A DNA stretch of 20,000 nt from an uncultured virus (IMG/VR IMGVR_UViG_3300030104_003374) (taxonomy: Duplodnaviria; Heunggongvirae; Uroviricota; Caudoviricetes). The stretch is taken from IMG/VR virus record IMGVR_UViG_3300030104_003374; one strand, 5' to 3'. Numbering within the stretch: position 1 is the stretch's first letter; every line of letters starts with the position of its first letter. Below the pieces are notes generated by a model, which saw only the letters and a list, made by a program, of their open reading frames with translations, searched no databases and was not told where the DNA came from. Positions 1-10,300 of this stretch are shown piece after piece. The position numbers were made by a program, and so were the translations under genes.

Positions 1-1377
1 GAGTTTAAAGAAACTATTAGACAGATTCAAGCTAATAAAAACTTTGTTAAGCTTGATGAAAATGGTGAGTTTTATATTAATGAAAAAACTAATAAGAAAC
101 TTAAAAGAGTTAGTAATATAATATCTGTTAAACCTGAAGATAGTAAATTACTTAAATCTGCTCAAACTATTGGAACTAAAGTAGATGAGTTAGTAAGAGA
201 CTTTTTTGCAGGAAATCTTAAGCAGAACTTAGCTGATTATAAGTTAACTGATAATGTTCAAGTTGTTGAAGATTTTCTTAAACAATTAGAAAATACCGCT
301 TTATATAAAAAGATTAAAGATGGTTCTGAGATTATGCTAGCAAATGATATAGTTGTTTATAATGATGATCTAGGTGTTGCTGGAACAGTTGATTTACTTA
401 CCTATGATAAAAATGGAAATGTCCGTATCTATGATATGAAGACAATGAGAGGAGATAACTTTACTGAAAAGTATAAAGGAGATACTAAGAATAAATATGA
501 AAGTACAAAGTTTGGTAAGTCTAAAAAGCAAAAGCATACTGAGCAGTTATCTATGTATAGAATATTACTAAATAATACACATGGTTTAAGAGCTAATACT
601 TTAGGAGTTATGCCTATATCTATTATGTATAAAGAAGGTGATACTCAAACTTCTCAATTACAGTTAATGAAAGGACAGGGCTTTGCTCCGGTTGCTATAA
701 GACAAGCTAAGTTAACTGATCCAAGAAAAATAGATACTTTAGTTAGAGAAAGAAAAGATCTTACTGGAAAAGATTTAAAAGAAATTAATGATTTTAAAAA
801 TGATATTGTAAAAGCTAATGCTGAAAGACTAGATGAATTAGAATTAGAATTAGCTATGGATGCTGATGTTAGTATTGCTGGTTTAGAAGCTTTACAAGAA
901 CTTATTAATCAAAGACGTGAGGATTTAAGTAGTGCTCCTATATATGATATAGCAGATGCTCCCCCTGTTATAGGTAAGCCGGGGATGAAGTTTGCTGTTG
1001 TAAACCAAACTAGAATAAATCCTGCAGATAATAAGAGTGCTATGTTAGAGAAAAATGATGTGGTTACTTGGGTTAAATCAGATGCTAAATCTATTACATT
1101 AAGAAAGGATGAAAATGGGAAAAGTACAGAATATAATGTTAACTTTGATCAGATCAAAAATTATATAAACGTGGAAGAATTAAATAAAGCAAATGCTCAA
1201 GAGGTAGAGGTAAAAGTTAAACCTGCAGAAATTAATAACTCTAATAATAATCAAGAAAATATACAGAGTATGATTGCTGATCCTAAACAAATGGCAAAAT
1301 TAGCTGAAGAAGGTAAAAACAAAACTGCTGCAGAAATAGCAGCTGAATTATTTAATGAGGAAAGCGATTGTAAGTAA
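1..1377 (+). CDS. 3' part of a large putative virion/ejection protein with a PD-(D/E)XK nuclease domain (5'-truncated by the window edge)
   Basis: Frame 1 is open from base 1 (EFKETIRQIQANKNFVKLDENGEFYINEKTNKKLKRVSNII...) into the listed 334..1377 ORF, so Met at 334 is internal. It ends ...EESDCK-TAA, 12 nt before the next giant gene. Confidence 0.9.
   Translation, partial: EFKETIRQIQANKNFVKLDENGEFYINEKTNKKLKRVSNIISVKPEDSKLLKSAQTIGTKVDELVRDFFAGNLKQNLADYKLTDNVQVVEDFLKQLENTALYKKIKDGSEIMLANDIVVYNDDLGVAGTVDLLTYDKNGNVRIYDMKTMRGDNFTEKYKGDTKNKYESTKFGKSKKQKHTEQLSMYRILLNNTHGLRANTLGVMPISIMYKEGDTQTSQLQLMKGQGFAPVAIRQAKLTDPRKIDTLVRERKDLTGKDLKEINDFKNDIVKANAERLDELELELAMDADVSIAGLEALQELINQRREDLSSAPIYDIADAPPVIGKPGMKFAVVNQTRINPADNKSAMLEKNDVVTWVKSDAKSITLRKDENGKSTEYNVNFDQIKNYINVEELNKANAQEVEVKVKPAEINNSNNNQENIQSMIADPKQMAKLAEEGKNKTAAEIAAELFNEESDCK
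100..630 (+). other. PD-(D/E)XK (RecB/Cas4-like) nuclease domain
   Basis: Motifs occur in the expected order: RVSNII, IGTKVDELVRDFF, GVAGTVDLL (Asp codon 391), IYDMKT (D-x-K, 433-441), QLSMY (Q-x-x-x-Y, 544-558). No Fe-S cysteines. Boundaries approximate. Confidence 0.8.
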
Positions 1378-1389
1378 AAAAATATAGTT

Positions 1390-4300
1390 ATGAAACTAGC
1401 TTGTGCACCAAGTGTAAAGAGAATAAAATCTCTTATACAATATATACAAAAAGGTATAGATGAAAAAGGTAAAGATATCAACCTTAATAGAACTATGCAG
1501 TTTATTTTTGATGGTAGAAAGGCAGCTCAAGATAAAGCAAATGAAAATCTTCCTGACAGTCAAAAGCTTGATTCCACTATAGTAGCGGCTGAGTTAGTAA
1601 AGCATGTTCCGTTTATTGCGGTCAATGACTTGATGAGAAGAAATATACAAACTAATAAAATACAAGACTTTTATAATGCTCATATTCTTTTTAATAATCC
1701 TGAAACAGGTTTAGAGAATATTATAAAACAATTTACTATTGACGTAAATAGAGCACAAGCTGCTGTACAAACTAGTAATAAAGCTGCAAATACAGAATCT
1801 CAAAATAGTACAGATCAAGCAAATGAAAAAGTAGATGTAACTCCTCCTGTAAGATTAAAAACATTTTCTCCACTGACCGGAACTATTACACCTTTTGTTA
1901 AGATAAATCCTAATAACAATCAAGTTACTATTGAGAAAGAAGATAAGAATAAAACAACTATAATAAATACATTAAATGCTTTAAGTTTAGAAAACCAAAA
2001 GGGAAATGGTTTATATGATTTTATATATCAAGGTACTAGACTAAAACTTAAAGCTGTTAACTTAAATAAATTTAATAATCAAAAAGATTTTGTAGCTGAT
2101 AAAAAATACTTAGATGAATTAGATAGTACTACAAGACAAGAAGTATTACGTTCAAGAAAATTAGTAGGTTCTAAAAAGAATGTTGAAGGAGTTCTTCAAG
2201 AAAATGATAGAGCTATATTAGTGGTTACTGATCAATACGGTTATCCTATTAGATTTAGTGAGGAGGGTAATATATCTAGAGATGGTACAGGACAAATTGT
2301 ATATCAATTCTTAAGAAGTGTAAAGAATGGAAAAGTTACTGATATATATGGTAGAGAAGAACAAATAGCTGATCCTTTAATAGTTTCTGAATCATTAGGT
2401 ATAACATTTGAGGAAGCTAAAAAAAGAATAGATGAAGAGATTTCTGTACTAGAAAAGTTAAATGAAAGAGTAGTAAAAAATAAAGAAGATGTTATTTTAG
2501 ATATAACAGGTTTAACTGAAGGAGTTTCTTCTACTCTAAGTGGTAAAAAAATTAAGATAAATAGTTTAGAAGTTTTACCAGGAATGACTGAAGCAAAGGC
2601 AAAAGGAATTGTCAAGTCAATAGAAATATCTCCAAATGATGCTATAGGTATTAAATCAGGTTTTCCTTTTGTAATGATTAATGGTAATCCATATGCAGTA
2701 GATAGACCAACAATTGAAAAAGAACTTGCAACAGAAATAGCAGAAGTCTTAACTAAAGATATACCTACTTCTGAAAGAGTTGATTTTATAGATCAGTTCT
2801 TACCTATTGCAAGTGCTAATGAATATGCAAAAGGAAGAAGGAGTTATAAATTAAATGCATCTGATAATGGTTCACTTTATTTTGAATTAAGAAATGGTCA
2901 AGTAATTAATTTATCCCCAAATAAACTATCTGATATAACTCAACAAGATAAAGATACTATTGTAGAAGCTTTAACTACTGGTTGGGAAAATAGAGGTGTA
3001 GGTAGCCCAATGAACTATAATAAAAAACTACTTAGTGAAAATAGTTATGACAGGTATGATATTAAAACGGGTAAGTTTAAAAGAGACCAAGACTATATTG
3101 AATTTTTAGGATCTCAAAATGCTGATATAACATTGAGTGATTTGGATGCAGGATTTTATAATCAGCTTATTCAATTTGGTAATCCCGATAGTCAGATAAG
3201 TAAAGATGTAAACAAAGCTAATCAGAAAAGAGATACCAGAAGTACTAGAAAAAGAACTAAAGATAATTTAGTTGAATTTTTCCAAAACAATGAAGATACT
3301 AAAACTATACCTGTTAAGGTATCTTCACTGACTCAAGCAATGGCAAGACAAGATCAAAGAATGGCTTTAGAGAACCCTCTTACTGGTCCAATGTTGTCCA
3401 CTGTTGTCCGAGATGTTAATACTCTTGTAGGAGTAGAAACAGGAGATACTGTTGAATTAAAAATAGTAACAGAAGAAGATCCTGATTTTTATCCAGATAC
3501 TATTGGTGTTTATTTTAAAGGAAATAAAATAGCTGTTATAGCTGAAACTGATTTTGATAATGCTGCTGAAAAAGAAGCTTATTTAAAAAATCAAAAAGAA
3601 GAAGAAAAAATTATAACTAAAAATTTAAATAATGAGTATATAAGTAATACTTTATTATCTAAAACAAGTAGTTCAAATACTAATGCCGCTAATACATTTA
3701 AGTCAGGTAAACATTTTAGAAGAGGTTATTCTTTAAGTAAAGTTACTCAACAGCAAATTAATGATGCTAAAAAGTGGTGGGCTAATTCTCCTTTAAATAA
3801 ATACATTGAATTAGATCCACTAATTAATGCTGTTAATTCAGATCAATTTGCAAGCTTTGTTATAAATGCAGCTGCTTTGGTTGATCCTAATGCACCATTA
3901 GCAAAGGTTGGGATAACTGCTAAAGGTACAGAAGTTGATTTATATCATGAAGCATGGCATGGGTTTACACAATTATATTTAACTCAAAAACAAAAAGATG
4001 AGTTATATGCTGAAGTTAAAAAATTACCTAAGTATAAAAATAAATCTTCATTTGAAATAGAAGAAGCTTTAGCTGAAGATTTTAGAAACTATGCTAAGAA
4101 TCCTAAAATAAAAAAAGGTAGACCTAAGCGTAATACAATATTTAGAAAGATCTTAAACTTTATAAATAAATTACTTAATAAACTTCCTGGTATTAAAATA
4201 AATAATACAGATGCTAACATTGATGTATTAAGTATACCTAGTGTAAAAGAGTTATATGATAATCTTTATCTTGCTAGTTCTGATCCTAAGTATGCAGAAC

Positions 4301-7300
4301 AAATAATGAATAACTATACTCCTCTTGTACAGAATACTTATTGGTATGAATTAAATAGAGGTATAAGAAGAACAGATAATGCTAAGTTTGATGCACTAAA
4401 TGATTTTGATTCTAATAAGATTGTTAATATAATTGATAGTGTTATTTCTGATATATCAAATGAAATAAACTATGATAGACTTACTACTAATTCTGCTAAT
4501 CCTAAAGCTGGAACTTTAGGTGTTATTTTAAATAAATCTGCCCGTAAAGAAACATATGATATTGTATTAGAAAGATTTGAAAATAAGTTAAAAGATTATT
4601 ATAAAGAGTTAGATAAGATATCTAAGATGCCTTCATTTAATGATATTAAAACTCTTAGTGATATTAAAAAAAATGCAGCTGGTGTACTTAAAGGAGCTGA
4701 AGGAGTTAATGATAAATATATTTTTACTAGAGCTCAGGTTAATTCATTTGAAAATCTAAATGCTGATATAGAAAAAGGGGAAAGAATATTAGGTTCAAAT
4801 TTTAGAGGGGTAGATATTATTAGTGATTACTATACACATACTGATGCTAAAATAAAAAATAGACCTGTTGAAATAATTGTAGTTAATAAAATAGAAGATG
4901 CTGAAAGACAGTTATACAATTATAAAAGAGTAGGAGATGAAAGTTATGTAGGAGTTACGGATATAAAACCTGTACCTACTACACAGCTTACGTCTGAACA
5001 ATCTAAAATTTTAGATAACATTAGAATGTTTCAAGCAGCTATAGCTAACTGGGGTGATGAAAACTCTGGTGTTATAAAGTATCATAGAAACAAAAGTAGA
5101 TACTCTATGATTAATAAGGCTTATGATCTTACTAACACTGCTTTAATAGAAGAACAACAAGAGATAGATGAGATACTTAATCCAGAAGAAAAAGATTCTA
5201 GTATTGTTCCTGATAAGAGTATAGGTAAAAAATCTTTACTACAGTTAGCTGAGAAAGAAGCTTCATATATTATAGGAAGTTTACATAAAGTAGATATTAA
5301 TGGTAATGCTGTATTTAATGAGCAAGGTTTTAGAGAACTTGCAGACTTTAATGAAAGCTTTAATGTAATAGCTAACCTTATACAAGGTGTTAAAGATCCG
5401 GCAAAAGCTTATAATATATTAAAAGAAGCATCAAAAGATTTTCCTGTATTAAAAGAACTTATACAATTAAAGTTAACTGATCCTTCATTACCAATTAATC
5501 ATGAGTATGACTTTGATATAGTTAGTGCATTCTTTCATACATTTAAAAAACCAAAGATTGATTATTTACAATTAACTGCGTTTGAAGAGGATGGTAAATA
5601 TAACCTAGCAGTTACTCAATCTGATTTAGATGTAGACGGTATATTAAGAGAATATAGAGAAGGATTTAATGCTCAACCTGAAGGTAAATATGTTAGTAAA
5701 ACAATTGATAATCAATCAGTTCTTAAACTACAAGATGTTGTAAAAGATTTTACAGATTCTAAAGGAAGACTTAAGAAAGATAAAAGTGTTGAATTTTTAA
5801 ATGCTTTAGGTATTGATGTAGATAACATTAAAAGAATAAGAGAAGCATTTGATAAAGATGCTGTTCAATTCTATGGATTAAATTATATTCATGCTATTAC
5901 AAAAGGATTTGCAGAGATTCAACAAGCAGATCCTAATGATCCATCTGTTTCTGTTTTACAAAAACAATATGCAGAAGAGTTTGTAAAGAGTCCTGCAAAA
6001 GTTTTAGCTAAAAAGATTCCTGCTAAAATAATTACTAATCCTCTATTTAAAGGTAAACCTATAAATCAGTATACTCAAGTAAAACGTATTGCAAACTTGC
6101 AAGCAAAGTATGGAGCTATTACTAAAAATACTGGTATACTAGATGCAAAAGGAAACTTAATATTTAATGTTATTCAAGATAGTTCTGCTACTTATTTAGT
6201 AGATGATGTTAACTCAATGGATAATCTATCTAATGCTTGGTTAAACAGACAAAAAAGTAATACTCCAAATGAATTTGCTTATTTAAGTAAATTTAATCCA
6301 GAGAAAAATACTTTTACAAAAGAATCTATTTTATTAAATAGCGTATTCCGTATTAAAGATGGAGGTAATTATAATAAAAGAAAAGATGATATAGTATTAG
6401 ATCTGTTTGCTACTTCAGGTGTAAATGTATCTGACAGTGCTAAAGCAAGTAATAATACTACTAGTCTATATAGGAATGATAAATTTTCACAAGAGTTTCA
6501 TACATTTCTTTTAGACGGTGTAAAAGAATTTATAAGACATGGTGAAAAGAAATCTGCATTTGGATTAAGAGTTTTAGATTCAGGTTCAAATACAGGAAGT
6601 ATAGTAAGACCTCAAAGACCGGATGGTAAAGAGTATGATAAAAGTTTATATGTTGATGTAGACATGTTTACTCCAGAAGGAGGAGGTTCTGATTATGCAA
6701 TAAACAATATGATACTTCCTTATTTACGTTCTGAGTTTACTAGAATAAAAAGATTTGGTGAGAACAGAGCTGCTTATTCACAGCTTACTAGTTATAATAA
6801 AGAATTATTTAATGGAAGAAAAGCAGGAGAATCATTTACTATGTTTGACGGAATGCTTAGAGATACCACTAAGAATGAGTTATATGCATTACCTATATCT
6901 TCTTCAGTTGATGTCATTGATTACTTAACTAACAATAAACCTGAACTAAAAGAAAAAGTAGTAAAAGAAATAAAAGAGTACTTTGAAGAAGAAGTAAGTA
7001 AGACAAAAGAGTATGCTTTTGATAATAGTAATTATGTAGATGATGCACTAATAAAGAAATTAAATTTACCTGAGTTAGTTACTGAAGGAAAGACAGAGAA
7101 TGAAATTGAACTTTTAAAAGCAGAGAGAAAAACTTTAGAAGTTAATTCACTTTTAAAGGCATATGAGTATAATTCTTTTATTCACAATTTTGAAACAATA
7201 AATCTTATATACGGAGATCCTTTACAGTTTAACTATGTAAAAGAAGATATCACTAAACGTATTGGTGCTTCTGTAGGTGGTGGTAATAATATGATATTAG

Positions 7301-10300
7301 CACAAAACGCAATTAATTGGATTAATAAACAATGGGTAGGTAATAGAGATACTTATGCTTCTATAAATAAAAAGCCTGAATTAACTTATGGTCAAACATT
7401 CAATACAGATGTTATAGAAGATTCTATAAAAGATAGTCTTTATTTACCTATTATAGAAAAAGCAGCTAAAGAAAAGTTTGCAAAAGAGTTTCCAAAAGGA
7501 ACTAAAAAAGAATTAGATGCTTTTGTTAAATCTATTACAGATGGTTATAAAGATATGGAAGAATCAGATGGTGGAGGTTATATATCATTTGATGCTTATA
7601 GAATGTTTAAGAAAGCTTCAAACAAGTGGAGTGAAAATCAAGAAGACTTATATCAAAAACTAATAAAAGGTGAGAAGGTAGATGCAGAAGATGTTGTTGA
7701 TTTCTTTCCCATATATAAATTAGCTTACTATGGTGATATAGCAAACGCTCCAGTAACTGCTACTGCAATGCATAAGTTTGCACTTACACCTCTTATCCCT
7801 GGTATAATATCTCCTGTTCTTACTGATCTGCATAATGCAATGATGGATGAAGGACTGCATTATGTTACTTATGGAACAGGTTCTAAGATAACTGCTTTAA
7901 CCAGAGAACCTGGGAAACTTACAGATATTTTTACTGATAAAACAAGTAGTCAAATAAAAGAAATAACTGAAGAAGATAGACAAAAAGGTAAAAAATTATT
8001 TTATCCTAACGTGTTATATACTAAAGGATTAAAAGAAGTAACAGATGTAAATACCTCTTATAAATCATCAGTTACATTTCCAACACAGCAAAGACCAGTT
8101 CTTTTAGATGCTCTTGTTTCTGTTGGAGAATTATTAAATGAAGATAATAAACCGCTTCTTGATGAATACTATAAACAAATAAGAGATTATACAAAAGCTA
8201 ATCAGTTAGAACTTTTAAATGATATAGGTTTTGAAATAGATAAAAATGGAAGATTTATACCTATTGATGGTAATCTTTCTAAGCTTATGTCAGTTATTAA
8301 AAAAGAACTTGAAAAGAATGAGGTACCTAAAACTCTTAGAGATTTAGTTGATGTTACAAGAACTACCAAATCAAGAAAGGTTGATTTGTCTATATATCCT
8401 AGACCGGATGATATAGAAAAGTTATTAATGACCTTAGTACAAAAAAGATTAGTTAGATATAAAGTTAATGGTGAAGCTCTAGTACAGGGACCTGTAACAA
8501 TGTGGAAAGACTTGTGGGCAACACAAGAAGTTATAAAAGATAAAAGTAAGCAAAGAGAATTACTTGGAACAAATGGACTTGTTTTCTATACTCCAGGTAA
8601 TGCAGCTCATACTGCAATAACTATGCAAGGACCTTTTGTTAATTTATTAAATTTAGAAGATCCTGATTCTCCAGGTTTAACAATAAAAGATACTGGTGAT
8701 GTAGATAGATTAAATGAATTAATTAAAGATCCTAAATTTAGAGAAGAAAACAGAGAAGCTCTTACAATACTAGGACCTAGAATACCTATTGATTCTGCTA
8801 ACTCTATAGAAATTTTTGAAGTATGGCATTTCTTAAAGCCTGGTGGAGGTAATCAAATTATTGTCCCTACAGAAATTGTAGCTAAGGCAGGTTCTGACTT
8901 TGATGTTGATAAGTTAAATATGATGTTTCCTCATATAGGTAAAGACGGTAAGATTTTAAAAACTAAGTTTTCTGAAAAAGATTTAATATCTGAAATAGAA
9001 AGAGGAGATAAACAGAATACTGTATTAGTTGAAGACTATAAGAAGGCCAAGTTTAATGAGTTACTTAAAGTAATGAAAGATATACTTTTATTACCTGAGA
9101 ATTATATTAATCTTATTAAGCCAAATGAAACAACTCTTGTAGAAAATCAAGTAGATTATTTACAAACAGCAACTGGAGGTTATAGTAGATTTGAAAACTT
9201 ATATACTAAAGATGAAGGGAGAAGAAGTATTAAAGGTAAAAAAGCAGTAAGCCCAACGACAACTTTAAGTACATCTTATATTTTAGAAAAACATGATGCA
9301 AACTTGACAGGGGCTGGTCCTTTAGGAGTTATTGCATTAGTAAATAAAATGCATAGCTTATATAAGTCAGTAAACTTTATGATGCCTCAAACTTATATTG
9401 TTAGTAATAAATCTAGAATGATTCATAGGTTATTATTTGACCATAATAAAACTGGTAAAAATATTTCTCTTGCTCATGAATATAATAAAGATAATGCAAG
9501 AATATCTGATGTAATATCTCATTTATTAAATGCTTTATTAGATAGAGGAAAACTTCAATATCCTGTTGATTTAAAAGCTACACCTGAAGGAATTAATATG
9601 GTTAGTTATTTAGTACAAGCAGGAGTTAAACAAGATGAGGTATTTTTATATATGAATCAACCTTTAATTGTTGAATACTTAAATGAGCAAGCAAGATTAA
9701 AAGGTGCTTTTGCAAAAATAACTGGAGAAGATACTAACAAGGTACAACAGAAAGCTGCAGAAAATGTATTGAATTCTCACTTTAATGAAGAACAATTAAG
9801 TAATATAATAGCTAATGCAAACAATAGTAGAAATGGTAGTAGACTAGATAAGAAAAGACCGTTGCCAAAAATAAATACTATTCTTGAAAAGAATCTACCT
9901 TACTCTTCTCTTTATATGACTAATAAGTATTTAAAAAACGGAATTAATAAGGATGTTTTAAAAAAACAAATTGAAGATACTACTCTAATTACAAGTCCTA
10001 CAGATTTGGCTTTATTCTTAAGTTATTTAGAGACAGAGAAAGCAATAAAAGGATTACGCACATTACAACCTATTTCTACTCCAGATACAAACTACACAAA
10101 AACTCTTCAAGAACTTGATGAGGCTAAACAAGCAAGAAGTAGACTTACTGGTGAAGGATTAGATCTTACATCTGTAAATAGACTATTAGATGGATCTATA
10201 CTTACTCCTTTTAAAATTGGTAAACTAGCTGACAGTATAATATCTCAAGCAATGCCCTTAAGATCTAGCCAATGGGTAAGAGATTTTATTTCAGATCAAC

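Noticed and set aside
960..1170. Possible SH3-like beta-barrel in protein 1 (GKPGMKFAVV...YNVNFDQIKNY)
   Set aside because: Only a beta-strand pattern is visible, with no diagnostic residues. It cannot be supported without structure prediction.
5623..5637. Second DxDxD (DLDVD) in the RNAP protein as another active site
   Set aside because: It lacks the upstream R-x-P and GxDFD context. Such a pattern is expected by chance in an Asp-rich 3880-aa protein.
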